Positions 1 to 10,658 of a stretch of DNA of 64,000 nucleotides are shown in pieces (position 1 is the stretch's first letter; every line of letters begins with the position of its first letter). The notes under the pieces were generated by a model that had not been told where the DNA came from, ran no database searches, and was given only the letters and a program-made list of their open reading frames with translations. Position numbers and translations under genes: made by a program. The stretch is from assembly GCA_965243105.1 (NCBI GenBank), contig CBDEUC010000003.1, forward strand, positions 2,487,541-2,551,540, given 5' to 3'. Origin of the DNA: Gammaproteobacteria bacterium. GTDB lineage: Bacteria > Pseudomonadota > Gammaproteobacteria > Eutrophobiales > Eutrophobiaceae.

Positions 1-182
1 GCAAAACACGTATTTACGGACAATTAGGCTGGTCAATACAGGAATGTACTGTCCAGGCTTTCAGTCTAAACCACTTCCAGAGCCCCTGGACGCCAGGCAA
101 ACAATATATATGGAGTACGGTTTAGACTGGCTGCCCCGGTGAATACCGTTTAATACTCCGGGTAGCTTACCTTTTTCTTATC

Positions 183-686
183 TCATGGCATCTCGAATCG
201 GTGATCTTCGGGATGCACCGTTAAAACGGGGCATGGCGCCTTGCGAACTACATTTTCAGCAACACTGCCCATCAGGAGGTGCATCAGGCCGCTATAGCCA
301 TGGGTTCCCATTACGATCATCTTGATATCCTGCTCCCGCGCGTAGCGAATAATCTCTACAAATGCGGCACCCTCTATCACTTTTCTCACTATTCCACTTT
401 TTAAACCCTCGTCATTTTCCAGTACCTGCGACAGGTTACTTTCAGCGCTCTCCATAACATCCTGGTAATAACCTTCCGGTAAAAAGCCGGACATGGGCGG
501 GCTAACCGAGACCAGCGCTTCAGATATTACATATACAAGGTGTAATTCCGCTTCAAACGTCTGAGCCATGGTGTATGCATAGTTTAAAGCGTGTGCTGAA
601 TTTTGACTGAAGTCTGTCGGGTGGAGAATACGGTCGATGTTAATCATATGATTTCTCTCCTGCTCTTTTTCACGTTTTATTTTCAA
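183..686 (-). CDS. Universal stress protein (UspA family)
   Basis: Usp-like alpha/beta ATP-binding fold, 154-167 aa. A better start is probably M14 (MINIDRIL, about 647), which has an AGGAGA RBS about 8 nt upstream. Confidence 0.65.
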   Translation of the reverse strand: MKIKREKEQERNHMINIDRILHPTDFSQNSAHALNYAYTMAQTFEAELHLVYVISEALVSVSPPMSGFLPEGYYQDVMESAESNLSQVLENDEGLKSGIVRKVIEGAAFVEIIRYAREQDIKMIVMGTHGYSGLMHLLMGSVAENVVRKAPCPVLTVHPEDHRFEMP

Positions 687-817
687 ACTAATTCAACCTG
701 CCTCGTTGATCTGGATCAAGAAAGGTCTGTTGAGGCTGGCCTACTATCAGGATGAGGATTGTTGTGTGAACAGCTTTCCATGCAATTGATGCTCTTGGCC
801 AATGAGGAAGCACTGAA

Positions 818-1441
818 ATGAACAGAATCTCGATACTTACCCGGCTAATTTGCCTTGCTGCCATGGCAGTGCTCGTAGTTGCCTGTGCTAACAGGGTCTA
901 TAATCCCCTCGACGACTTTGAAGAAGTTGCGCCTGCAACGGCACTCGAGGTACCGCAGGTATCGCCGGAAAACGCGCCTACCGCAGAGCTCGCAATGATC
1001 AAGAGAGGTCAATATCTTGTTGAACTGCTGGGTTGCGCCAATTGTCACACTGACGGCGCGCTAATTGGCCAACCGAATTCGGATAAAGCACTCGCCGGTT
1101 CGAGCATCGGCATCGCATATTCAAATCCACTGCAATATGAATCGCCAGGAATTGTCTTCCCGTCGAATCTCACTCCGGATCGGGAGACGGGTATTGGTGA
1201 CTGGACAGATATCCAGTTAATGAAAATGATTCGCAGTGGTATTGATCGACATGGCCATCGAAAACTGTCCGTAATGCCCTGGCCTGCCTATTCCGTTATC
1301 TCCGACGACGATGCCCTTGCCATGACAGCCTACCTGCGAAACCTTGAGCCGGTAAAGAATCGCGTGCCTGCTAACGTTGCGCCCGGTCAGGTATCAACTG
1401 AGCGCTACGTGCATTTTGGCATGTACCAGAGCCGGGAGTAG
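818..1441 (+). CDS. c-type cytochrome, probable lipoprotein
   Basis: Single CxxCH haem-binding motif (GCANCHT). N-terminal signal with lipobox-like LVVAC. Confidence 0.6.
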   Translation: MNRISILTRLICLAAMAVLVVACANRVYNPLDDFEEVAPATALEVPQVSPENAPTAELAMIKRGQYLVELLGCANCHTDGALIGQPNSDKALAGSSIGIAYSNPLQYESPGIVFPSNLTPDRETGIGDWTDIQLMKMIRSGIDRHGHRKLSVMPWPAYSVISDDDALAMTAYLRNLEPVKNRVPANVAPGQVSTERYVHFGMYQSRE

Positions 1442-1449
1442 ATTTTCGA

Positions 1450-3333
1450 TTAGTAGCTGGCGTCTATCCAGGGCCCGTAAAAGACCCGTTCGCCTTCTAT
1501 GAATTCAATGCCAAGCTGGTATTGAAATGTATCACCACTTAATACCCACGAGGGGATGACAATGTTGGCACTCTCGCCAACCTGCAGGGTGACGTGATCA
1601 GAGTATGCGTGCGCCTGGAAAACCTGTGCATCCTGGCGTACTCGAACAGTCACCGTGTAGGAATTGCCGGATGTTATGCCTTCAAGCTCCAGGGTCACAT
1701 CCAGCTCATCGTCAATTCTCCTGATACCTCCGTGAACAGTGGGTATGGTTTCCACGTCTTCCGCGTATTCTGACAACAGCTGCAGAAAATCTGTATTCAC
1801 TGCCGAGTAATCACAGTTGGCCCTGTTCAAAACGGAAGCCCAGAATGCCTCGCCTGCCAGGTTTGTTGCACCCAGGTCTGCCATTGCGCGAACAACGTCT
1901 CCGGGAGCCTGTTGACCACATGCCCGGGCCAGGGAAGATACCCAGGCTTCACCAATCGCATAAATCACATTTTCATCATACTTTTCAGCAAATACTGCCG
2001 CAGACATGAGATCATCAAACTTCAGGTCGTGCCTGGTCCAGGCGGCTGATGCAAGGATTCTAAGTGCGTTTCGTGTTTCATCGAGTTCAAGGGTTTCGTA
2101 AGAAGCCCACTCGGCAATCCCTTCGCTAAAAAAGCGGGCATCATCGGCATGGTCACTCATGCGTCGGTCTGAACCAATACCCACGAGAACATGCACTGTT
2201 TCATGCACGAATACGTGGGCGCGTTCATCCGCATCTCGCAAAGCACTGCTGCGCATACGCAGTTTCTTCCAACCAGCAATGCCCAGGTGCTGATCGCTGG
2301 TATCGGTAAGATCAGCCACTACCTTGCCTGACAGGCTTATCCCGAGTAGTTGCTCAACGTTCCTGTAATGTTCGTCAGCTTCAAGCTGTAGAAGCTGAGC
2401 GAATTTCTCGTCCCTGGCATAATGTGAAAGTCGGTAGAACTCGGTTTCTACAACTCGTGGGCGATAGTTCCCTCCATCGCCTGCCAGTCCCCCTACCATG
2501 TCGGAGAACATGGTAATGCTAAGGTAGCTCAGAATTACCATGGCCGCGGCCAGGGTAGTTAAAATGCCTTTCACGCGAGGGCCCAGCCTGTTGGTAAACC
2601 TGACAGAGGTATCCTGGTCGCTGGATGTCCACAGGCGACCCGCCAGGAAAAAACACAGGCTGGCAAGAACCAGGTGATAACTCCATGCTTTTACAGAAAA
2701 AAGTATTTCCTCGCCGCGGTAATCGGGCACCAGCAGGGAAGACGGATTTAGAAATTTTAGTGCCGGAACACCTGCCTCAAGAACGCTTATACTGATCCAG
2801 TAAATAATTACGGCAAGCACTCCGAAGACACGGAACCAGGAGGCAAATAATCCGATGGCCAGCCCGACAAAACATACGCCAAAACCAAGAGCGAGCTCAA
2901 GCCACCACAGTTTCCATGAAAATTGAGTTTGGGTAACTGAATTCACATTAAAACTATGTACGAAGAAGGAGTTGAACTGGCTGATGATAAAGATTGCCAG
3001 GAGTATGAAGGAGGTAGCAAGTACCTTGGTAAAGTAAACTTGCCAGCGTGATACAGGCAGACTCCATAGAAGGTTTAGTGTTGAATGTTCCCGCTCATGG
3101 GGGAATATCCTGTAGGCGGCGACGAGGCCGATGACAAAATAGGTGCCGGCAGAGATCATTGCGTTCTCAGTCGTAAGTATTCCTGACAGGTAGGACCAGG
3201 TGATCGTATCGGGTGTTTGTTCGGAAAGAAGGAAATACCAGCCAAGTATTTCAATTGCGAAAAGGGCCAGGATAAGCGGAATCATGTGATGCAACTCTTT
3301 CCTGGCCAGGCTCAGAAAACAGGCAGCATTCAT
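1450..3333 (-). CDS. ABC-2-type membrane permease fused to an M1-like (gluzincin) zinc peptidase domain
   Basis: N-terminal about 250 aa is multi-TM. The C-terminal soluble domain has HETVH followed by E about 23 residues later (HExxH...E). 4-bp overlap with the upstream permease, so the two are translationally coupled. Confidence 0.5.
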   Translation of the reverse strand: MNAACFLSLARKELHHMIPLILALFAIEILGWYFLLSEQTPDTITWSYLSGILTTENAMISAGTYFVIGLVAAYRIFPHEREHSTLNLLWSLPVSRWQVYFTKVLATSFILLAIFIISQFNSFFVHSFNVNSVTQTQFSWKLWWLELALGFGVCFVGLAIGLFASWFRVFGVLAVIIYWISISVLEAGVPALKFLNPSSLLVPDYRGEEILFSVKAWSYHLVLASLCFFLAGRLWTSSDQDTSVRFTNRLGPRVKGILTTLAAAMVILSYLSITMFSDMVGGLAGDGGNYRPRVVETEFYRLSHYARDEKFAQLLQLEADEHYRNVEQLLGISLSGKVVADLTDTSDQHLGIAGWKKLRMRSSALRDADERAHVFVHETVHVLVGIGSDRRMSDHADDARFFSEGIAEWASYETLELDETRNALRILASAAWTRHDLKFDDLMSAAVFAEKYDENVIYAIGEAWVSSLARACGQQAPGDVVRAMADLGATNLAGEAFWASVLNRANCDYSAVNTDFLQLLSEYAEDVETIPTVHGGIRRIDDELDVTLELEGITSGNSYTVTVRVRQDAQVFQAHAYSDHVTLQVGESANIVIPSWVLSGDTFQYQLGIEFIEGERVFYGPWIDASY

Positions 3334-5258
3334 GGCATAACCAACTTGTCATAGCCGAACCTTACAATCATGTTATAGGGCATGAGCTGGCATTCAAGGG
3401 CGGTGTAAACACGATTTCCTTTACCATACCTGCCTGTTATAGATCGAATCACCTGCTTTTGCCCAACCGGCCATGTGAACTCGTCTTTTCGTAAAGTATT
3501 AGGCGCGACGGGAATGTTGTAACCGGGAAGCTTGCGATGAAGCGCGGTACAACTCATCTCTGAAGCAAGGGCTTTCTCAAGCTCAAGGTTAAATTTTAAA
3601 ACCCGCTGTCCGCTCTCGTTAACCTCGCCGGTAACGGAATACCTGGCTACTGGAATGGCTGCGATCCTGCTGGCGTACTCTTCTTGCCGTGCAAGTTGTT
3701 CTACCTGGTTTCTCCATTGCTCAACAAACCCAGGCCATGAAAGGCCGGTTGCTGACTCAAAACGTGCTGTGAAAGGCTTACGCCAGTCCGACCACCAGTC
3801 ACGTATATCTCCATGAACCTCGCGTCGAAATTCGGACTCTGCGAATTGCCTCACGGTGTCATGACCCACCAGGTCTTCCAGTACGCGCCAACCTGAGTAA
3901 GAAAGGGCAAGGCCGAGGGATTCGCCTATGCGATCGCTGGTCGTTTCCCACTGGGTAATTGTTTTTTCATCTATGTTGACTCGTTGCGAGACATACATGG
4001 CAAGAACGAGTAAATCATTTGCAGGGGTATCAAGCGACCCAGGGGGTTCTCCGTTATGCACGACTAACCAGCTTGAAAACCCATCCAGGAACCAGTGCGA
4101 AGGCTCGAGTATTACCCTGTTTAACGAAGCGGTGGATAACAACTGGTGAACAACAAAAATACCAAAATGCGGAAAATTCCAGCCGGGTGCGTCAATAAAG
4201 TTTGCATCAACCCTTATACCTTGCGTGGTGCTGGCCAGGCGTGTGGAGTACGCCTTGGATTTAGCAATGGGCGAAAGTGAAATACGGGTGATGTATTCAT
4301 CCTTGTTAAAGGGCAGGTATGACTCAACCTTGGATAGCGGTATTTTCAACTGGTCTGCGAGTGTAATTGCATCCTGTTCATATTTTGGATCCAGGTAAGC
4401 TATCTCAAGCTTTTCTCGAGCGATAACATGTTCCTGCGTAAAGGCAAAGTTTTGTTCATTGCCTGGAGGCTCGAGCATGCCAATCATGCCGAGTGATACA
4501 ACCACCAGCACAAATAGAAAGCTCTTGTCACGCGTTGACATGGGTACAGCAAGACTTTCTACGTAGGAACCATCGTCGACGTTCATCAGTAGAAAAGCCA
4601 GGGCTATAGCAATCACCCCTATAGCCAGGGATATTCCCAGCTCTGCAAGGGGGAAACTGTCCCGTTCAAAACTAAAAAGTTCCTGGTCGATGAGTGCAAC
4701 AGGACCAAAGCGGTTGAGCTCCAGTGATGTTTCTGTGCTGATAAAAAAAAGAGCGACTGCTGCAAGGCTGGCGAGTGGTATTCGCCAGCGTCCCAGTAGT
4801 GAAAAAACAAATACGCAACTCCACACGACAAAAACGTAAGCCCCAAGGCGGGTAGCCATGATCACGGAAAAGCGGAATTCGAGAGGTTCGTGAAAACTGG
4901 CGGTGTACATTGAATACCCCCAGACAGAAAACGCGAAAATACTGACCACCACGAGGCCTATAGCGTACTTTACAGATACCATGTAAGCAGGCCTGAAGGG
5001 GAGCGCCTCGATAAATCGTTGTGTCCTGCTGTAGTATTCCTGGGTAACCAGGAAGTAACCAACCCCGAGTGCGATAAAGACAAGTGCCGGCCAGGCAAAA
5101 ATGGGTACCAGCTGCAGGTCACTTAAGACTGCATCACTGAACAACATGAACCTGACGATGAGCCATGCAAATATTATTGAAACCAGCGACAACCAGGCAA
5201 AGCTAGCGCGATGTTGTCGTAGCTCCTTGCCAGCCAGGCCGCGCAGGATAGTGATCAT
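3330..5258 (-). CDS. ABC-2-type membrane permease with a large C-terminal soluble domain (paralog of 1450-3333, no HExxH)
   Basis: Six-TM-like N-terminal region followed by about 390 soluble residues. Overlaps the ATPase gene stop by 4 bp. Confidence 0.45.
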   Translation of the reverse strand: MITILRGLAGKELRQHRASFAWLSLVSIIFAWLIVRFMLFSDAVLSDLQLVPIFAWPALVFIALGVGYFLVTQEYYSRTQRFIEALPFRPAYMVSVKYAIGLVVVSIFAFSVWGYSMYTASFHEPLEFRFSVIMATRLGAYVFVVWSCVFVFSLLGRWRIPLASLAAVALFFISTETSLELNRFGPVALIDQELFSFERDSFPLAELGISLAIGVIAIALAFLLMNVDDGSYVESLAVPMSTRDKSFLFVLVVVSLGMIGMLEPPGNEQNFAFTQEHVIAREKLEIAYLDPKYEQDAITLADQLKIPLSKVESYLPFNKDEYITRISLSPIAKSKAYSTRLASTTQGIRVDANFIDAPGWNFPHFGIFVVHQLLSTASLNRVILEPSHWFLDGFSSWLVVHNGEPPGSLDTPANDLLVLAMYVSQRVNIDEKTITQWETTSDRIGESLGLALSYSGWRVLEDLVGHDTVRQFAESEFRREVHGDIRDWWSDWRKPFTARFESATGLSWPGFVEQWRNQVEQLARQEEYASRIAAIPVARYSVTGEVNESGQRVLKFNLELEKALASEMSCTALHRKLPGYNIPVAPNTLRKDEFTWPVGQKQVIRSITGRYGKGNRVYTALECQLMPYNMIVRFGYDKLVMP

Positions 5259-6154
5259 AACTTGACTGATTCGCTGACCATGTCGACAAAGATATCTTCC
5301 AGGGAAAGCTGTTCCACGGTCCAGGGTGCGCTGACCGTTGCTGGAATGTCCTGTTCATGAAATCGAAGGGTGACTGCCCGCCCGGCATCATTGCGTCGGT
5401 CCTGCAATACACTCGTCGAGCATGCGAGTAATTCATCCGGCAGGTCCATATCAAGATCTATGCCTTCACCTGCGCTTAACATATATCGTCGTATAGAAGC
5501 TCTCAGGTTTTCAAGTGAACCCTCGTAGAGCATTGTGCCGCGATTTATAATGCCAACAGTATCTGCTGCGCGCTCAATTTCATCGATGAGGTGAGTGGAA
5601 AATAGCGTGGTCCTGTGTGCCCTGACAGTATGGTCGCGCACAATATCGATAAATTCCCGGCGCGCCACCGGGTCCATACCCGTGGTGGGCTCATCCAGCA
5701 GCAACAATTTTGGATGATGTGCCAGCGCCAGTGACAGGGCCAGCTTGGCGCGCATGCCGCTGGAAAATGCCTGTATCTTGCGATCGGTAGGGACCTCGAA
5801 AATACGCAGGATACGCTGGTATTCTCCATCATCCCAGCCTGGATAAAAGGATGATACGAACCTGCCCAGCTCACCAGCGGTCATCCATTCATAAAAGTGG
5901 TGTTCCTGTGCGACATAGCCTATGGATGCCCGCGGCTTGAAATCATTCCTTCCAACGGTATTGCCAAGTATGGAAACTTTGCCCGAATTTGCATGGGTGA
6001 TCCCCATGATGATACGCAGGGCCGTCGATTTACCCGCGCCATTTCTTCCCAGGAAGCCATAGACTTGCCCTTCTTCAACGACCATGTTCAGTCCATTGAT
6101 CGCAACCAGCTGTCCATACTTCTTGTGTACATCGCTAAGCTCTAATGCACTCAT
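5255..6154 (-). CDS. ABC transporter ATP-binding protein
   Basis: Walker A GRNGAGKST, ABC signature SSGMRAK, Walker B LLLLDEP, and a C-terminal accessory domain. Confidence 0.85.
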   Translation of the reverse strand: MSALELSDVHKKYGQLVAINGLNMVVEEGQVYGFLGRNGAGKSTALRIIMGITHANSGKVSILGNTVGRNDFKPRASIGYVAQEHHFYEWMTAGELGRFVSSFYPGWDDGEYQRILRIFEVPTDRKIQAFSSGMRAKLALSLALAHHPKLLLLDEPTTGMDPVARREFIDIVRDHTVRAHRTTLFSTHLIDEIERAADTVGIINRGTMLYEGSLENLRASIRRYMLSAGEGIDLDMDLPDELLACSTSVLQDRRNDAGRAVTLRFHEQDIPATVSAPWTVEQLSLEDIFVDMVSESVKL

Positions 6155-6452
6155 ATCATCTACTCTACCATCAACATCCAGGTTTTAGTTGACAAATTCC
6201 TGCAAAATTCTCGCACTAAAACAGTTTAAAGCGGGCGAACTGGCTTCTTGACCCGGGAATAGACCGCCCTCAGTGTCATTGTAGTAACCCCGGGCAAAGT
6301 ACCCGAAACTACTGCTTTTCTGGGGAATATTCGTACTCACTTTCCTGCCAGTCATTGTTTTTCTTGGCCGTTTAACCCCTTCCGGTTTTTGCTGCGTTTC
6401 AATAAATACGGACACAGGACCGAATTCGATAATCCACAGCAGGAGAAATTCC

Positions 6453-8261
6453 ATGAAGATAATTAACAAGCAATGTGTGCTGATTGCCGCGACTGTATTT
6501 TTGGTCGCCTGTAGCCAGGATGAATCCACCAAGATATCAAAGTCATCCGGTAAGCCAGGGGACCTCAAGCCGGTTCCGATGCAGGTAGAAAGCGCAATAA
6601 CAAACCCTGTCGATATTTCCAGCGTCGAGCCAGTTGAAATTGATGAGGCCAAAATTGCGATGGAAGCTTCATTACCCCCGCTGGAGCGTGCCATGGAAGC
6701 ACCAGCGACGGTAGCGGGAAAACCGAAGAAAACCAGGGAAATCAGTATTGCCAGGATGGAATCTGCCGATTTTGCGGCACCTGCCTTTTTCCGGGAAATA
6801 CGCGCTGCGAGTGAGCCGCGAGACAGGGAAAATTACGCACATTTCGAAGACAACCAGACCAGGCGTGTCATGGAACATCCCGTTTCCACCTTCAGTATCG
6901 ACGTCGATACCGGCTCCTACGCAAATGTAAGGAGGATGCTGAATGCTGGCAGGTTGCCAGCACGCGACGCCGTCAGGACAGAGGAACTGGTGAATTACTT
7001 TTCCTACGATTACCCGGCGCACAACAACCGTGACGAACCGTTTGCCCTTTACAGGGAAATCGCACCGAGTCCGTGGAATGAAAATACCTACCTGTTACAC
7101 CTTGGTATCAGGGGTTATGACCTGGCAGAAACATCCTTGCCGGCCTCCAACCTGGTTTTCCTCGTGGACGTGTCAGGTTCCATGCAATCAGCCAACAAGC
7201 TGGAGTTACTGAAATCTTCCCTGAAACTGCTTACCAGGCAGCTCGATGCGGATGATCGGGTCTCGATCGTGGTATACGCCGGTGCTTCGGGTGTTGTCCT
7301 TGAACCGACTCCCGGGAATCAAAGGGCCAGGATCATTGCCTCGCTGGAAAGTCTTCAGGCAGGTGGTTCTACCAATGGTGCCGCGGGTATTCGCCTGGCC
7401 TATGCAATGGCGGAACAGGGATTCATCAAGGGAGGAATAAACCGGGTCCTGCTGGCAACCGATGGCGACTTCAATGTTGGCACAAGCAATATTGAGCAGC
7501 TAAAGGATCTTGTCGCTGAAAAGCGAAAAACAGGGATTTCGCTGAGTGCCCTGGGCTTTGGTACCGGGAATTATAACGATTACCTGATGGAGCAAATTGC
7601 AGATACCGGCAATGGTAACTACGCCTATATCGACACCCTGAACGAGGCACAGAAGGTACTGGTCGATGAAATGAACTCAACACTCTTTACGATTGCAAAG
7701 GACGTAAAAATCCAGCTGGAGTTTAACCCGGCACTTGTCTCGGAGTATCGACTCGTGGGCTATGAAAACCGCGTGCTGAACAGGGAGGACTTTAATAACG
7801 ACAAGGTTGATGCCGGAGAAATTGGCGCAGGACATACCGTAACTGCGCTTTACGAGATAAGCCTGGTTCCAGGAAAAGGCAAGTTGATTGACCCCCTGCG
7901 TTACCAGCAGGAAAAGCTGCCGGGTGCCACTACTGATGAACTGGCCTTCCTGAGGATCCGCTACAAGGAACCGGACTCTGAGACCAGCAAGCTTCTCGAG
8001 TGGGCGCTGGATAAAAAAGAGATCATCGCTGATATAGAAAAAACCAGCACAGACTTTCGCTTTGCATCAGCCGTGGCCTCCTTTGCCCAGGAGTTACGTG
8101 GTGGCAGGAATATCGGTGCTTTCTCCTACCCACAGGTTTACCAGCTGGCGAAAGGTGCACTGGGCGAGGATAGCTTTGGTTACCGTAGCGAGTTTATCCA
8201 GATGGTAAAACTTGCCGGGTCAATCAGTACGCCAGGCAGGCATGCACAGCTTATTCGTTAG
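6453..8261 (+). CDS. von Willebrand factor A domain lipoprotein (YfbK-like)
   Basis: Lipoprotein signal (LVACSQ). vWA MIDAS motif DVSGSM. Length and architecture match vWA+DUF3520 proteins. Confidence 0.7.
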   Translation: MKIINKQCVLIAATVFLVACSQDESTKISKSSGKPGDLKPVPMQVESAITNPVDISSVEPVEIDEAKIAMEASLPPLERAMEAPATVAGKPKKTREISIARMESADFAAPAFFREIRAASEPRDRENYAHFEDNQTRRVMEHPVSTFSIDVDTGSYANVRRMLNAGRLPARDAVRTEELVNYFSYDYPAHNNRDEPFALYREIAPSPWNENTYLLHLGIRGYDLAETSLPASNLVFLVDVSGSMQSANKLELLKSSLKLLTRQLDADDRVSIVVYAGASGVVLEPTPGNQRARIIASLESLQAGGSTNGAAGIRLAYAMAEQGFIKGGINRVLLATDGDFNVGTSNIEQLKDLVAEKRKTGISLSALGFGTGNYNDYLMEQIADTGNGNYAYIDTLNEAQKVLVDEMNSTLFTIAKDVKIQLEFNPALVSEYRLVGYENRVLNREDFNNDKVDAGEIGAGHTVTALYEISLVPGKGKLIDPLRYQQEKLPGATTDELAFLRIRYKEPDSETSKLLEWALDKKEIIADIEKTSTDFRFASAVASFAQELRGGRNIGAFSYPQVYQLAKGALGEDSFGYRSEFIQMVKLAGSISTPGRHAQLIR

Positions 8262-8274
8262 GAAATTGGGTGGT

Positions 8275-8298
8275 GAGCACCCGGTGGCGCGGGTGCTC
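8275..8298. terminator. Hairpin between convergent genes (9-bp perfect stem GAGCACCCG/CGGGTGCTC, 6-nt loop)
   Basis: Read directly from the sequence. No strong U-tract on either side. Confidence 0.3.
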
Positions 8299-8334
8299 CT
8301 CAATAAAGTTCACCTGGGATCCTCAGGGACAGGT

Positions 8335-9255
8335 TTATTCCATTCCGAGTAATTGGCGGGTCTCACGCATGACGATTTTCCAGGCCGTGGAAATCGGCGC
8401 AATGACATCAAAATGCCCGGCGCCGTCGACAACAGCGAGGCTGATATCATCACCTGCTGCGCGCGCCTTCGCCAGGAATGCGGTGCTCTGCCTGAGAGGT
8501 ACAAGCACATCTGCGGCGCCATGCACCATGCGCACGGGTACATTAAGCGGTAGTAACTGTACCGGGTTTACCTGTGCTACGCGTTCAGGCACGTCTTCCG
8601 GCTCGGCCATGAGCAAACCAGGGACACCGGTATTGCAATCCTGGGTGTCATACTCATGGCGATAGCTTGAAAGGTTACTGATAGCTGCCAGGGGTACCAC
8701 TCCCCTTATTTTTAGCGGGTTGGCGCTATAGAATTCGCTACTGGAGTCAAGGTTGTTTCTTGCCGCGTACCACAGCACCAGGTGCCCCCCGGCCGAGTGT
8801 CCCATCAACACCACGCGCGAGAGGTCAAGTCTGTGCCCGGGTGCAATTTCGCGAAGGTATTCAATACTGTTAGCCAGGTCATGCATGGTGCCCGGCCAGG
8901 CGCCTCCTTCATTACCAATACGACGATACTCCACGGTCCATGAGGCAATACGAGCCCGGGCCAGTTCTCCGCTCAAGTTTGCTGCCATGGTTAAATCAAA
9001 GTCGGAGAGCCAGCAACCACCGTGGACGAATACCACGACTGGATGCGGTCCTTTACCCGCAGGCAAACGTAATTCGCCAAACTGGTATTGGCCTGGCCCA
9101 TAATTGATTACATGGTCTGCTGGTGGCTTGGGTAGTGCACTGAGTTGCTCCCAGCTAATCGGCAAGCCTTTTTCACCGGCCTGGATACTGGCCACTGAAA
9201 GAGTGCCCAGCACTGCTATGAGTACAAGGAAATATTTTTTACAGTGTCTGCTCAT
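8335..9255 (-). CDS. Secreted alpha/beta-hydrolase (esterase/lipase family)
   Basis: Signal peptide. HGGCW oxyanion motif and GHSAGG nucleophile elbow. Confidence 0.7.
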   Translation of the reverse strand: MSRHCKKYFLVLIAVLGTLSVASIQAGEKGLPISWEQLSALPKPPADHVINYGPGQYQFGELRLPAGKGPHPVVVFVHGGCWLSDFDLTMAANLSGELARARIASWTVEYRRIGNEGGAWPGTMHDLANSIEYLREIAPGHRLDLSRVVLMGHSAGGHLVLWYAARNNLDSSSEFYSANPLKIRGVVPLAAISNLSSYRHEYDTQDCNTGVPGLLMAEPEDVPERVAQVNPVQLLPLNVPVRMVHGAADVLVPLRQSTAFLAKARAAGDDISLAVVDGAGHFDVIAPISTAWKIVMRETRQLLGME

Positions 9256-10658
9256 TTTGAAAACACCATTAAACGTAACAACGGGTAGAGGATAACAACA
9301 GTCAGGCAGGACGTGATGACTTCAATTGCAATAATATCTGCCATAACATAGTGTGCCATGATAACGCTGGAAAAAAGTGTAATCACGCCGGCCCAGTTAA
9401 CATTCTCGGGCTCGTCATCTGAAACTTCCAGTCCTGCCTGTATTCGAGGCTTCACTAAAAAGTAATCCACAAGGATTATCCCGGACAGGGTGCTCAGCAA
9501 TACACCGAGCAGGCTGATCCAGGCCTCTACCAGTTCAAGAATATGACCGTAAAGCATCAGCAGGCCGATAATGTTGGCAAAGACGATGAAAGTGAAGCGA
9601 CCCGGGCGCCATTTTATCAATGCGTCGAAAAAGTTTGTCAGGGAAAGCGACGCGGCATAACAATTAAGTACCTGCGCCTTTGCCTGCGCAATAAACATGA
9701 GTAGAAAACCAGTTACACCGCCATAAAGCATGAATGCTGCGGCAATACTATCAGGACTTTTTAACACCAGTTGCTGTGCTTCCTGCATGGAAAGACCCTG
9801 TGACTCGACATAGTAATTGGCGAGCCCAGCCGCTGCCGCGTACATCAGGATACCCCCTGTCAACATGACCAGTACTGACTGGAAAAAACCGCCAATGAGC
9901 ACCGCAGAGGTTGCATGCATGGTAGAGCGGGCATAGCGCCCATAGTCGACCGACACCAGTGGCAGGGCACAGGCCGGACCAATGAGAATATTCAAACTGA
10001 AAACAAACTTGTCCCAGTCAGACTGTATACCCATGGATCGAAGTGCCTCTGCCGGGAACTGGCTTTGAAACGTGAGGACACCTGTTAATGAACTATCAGC
10101 CTGCATGACGACCTTGACGAGCACCCATGCCATGACCAGCAAAAAAGCGATTAGCAGGAGCGACGAAAAGCGTGCAATGATGGCAAAACCAAACGTGGTC
10201 ACGAGGATCCAGAGAAGGGTCAGGCCGCCATATATAATGAGTTTCATGGCGAGCCCATCGGACAACTGGAAAAAATGCAGGATACCCCTGTAAAGCAGGG
10301 CATTTTCCAGGGCCAGCATTCCGATTATGAGGAAGCTGAAGATTACGGACGCCAGTACAGAGCCCTTGATGCCGAGCCCATATTGACGGGTTACAAGGGT
10401 ATTGGAGTACCCGGTATGGTAGGCAACGTGGGAAAGGCCCCAGCCGAGGAAACTGCCAAATATCAATGAAACAATACCGGCGATCAGGGCAATTTTCACG
10501 CCGGCAACAAAACAAACCAGCGCACCAAAAAAAAGGATCACCAGGGTAGTCACAATACCCGCTGTGTTCCAGGTCAGGCTCAACCAGCCAAGACGTTCCT
10601 GTTCAGGAACTGCCTCGAGGGAATGGTCATCTACAAGCGCTTTAAGGTTCTCTGCCAT
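9252..10658 (-). CDS. NCS1-like (purine-cytosine permease family) transporter
   Basis: About 12 predicted TM segments. N-terminal region resembles CodB/NCS1 permeases. Weak call. Confidence 0.4.
   Translation of the reverse strand: MAENLKALVDDHSLEAVPEQERLGWLSLTWNTAGIVTTLVILFFGALVCFVAGVKIALIAGIVSLIFGSFLGWGLSHVAYHTGYSNTLVTRQYGLGIKGSVLASVIFSFLIIGMLALENALLYRGILHFFQLSDGLAMKLIIYGGLTLLWILVTTFGFAIIARFSSLLLIAFLLVMAWVLVKVVMQADSSLTGVLTFQSQFPAEALRSMGIQSDWDKFVFSLNILIGPACALPLVSVDYGRYARSTMHATSAVLIGGFFQSVLVMLTGGILMYAAAAGLANYYVESQGLSMQEAQQLVLKSPDSIAAAFMLYGGVTGFLLMFIAQAKAQVLNCYAASLSLTNFFDALIKWRPGRFTFIVFANIIGLLMLYGHILELVEAWISLLGVLLSTLSGIILVDYFLVKPRIQAGLEVSDDEPENVNWAGVITLFSSVIMAHYVMADIIAIEVITSCLTVVILYPLLRLMVFSK

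Noticed and set aside
6185-6694. 169-aa minus-strand ORF overlapping the start of the vWA gene
   Set aside because: Low-complexity Ser/Gly/Ile-rich translation. It overlaps a well-supported gene and the ABC/vWA divergent promoter region, so it is likely spurious.
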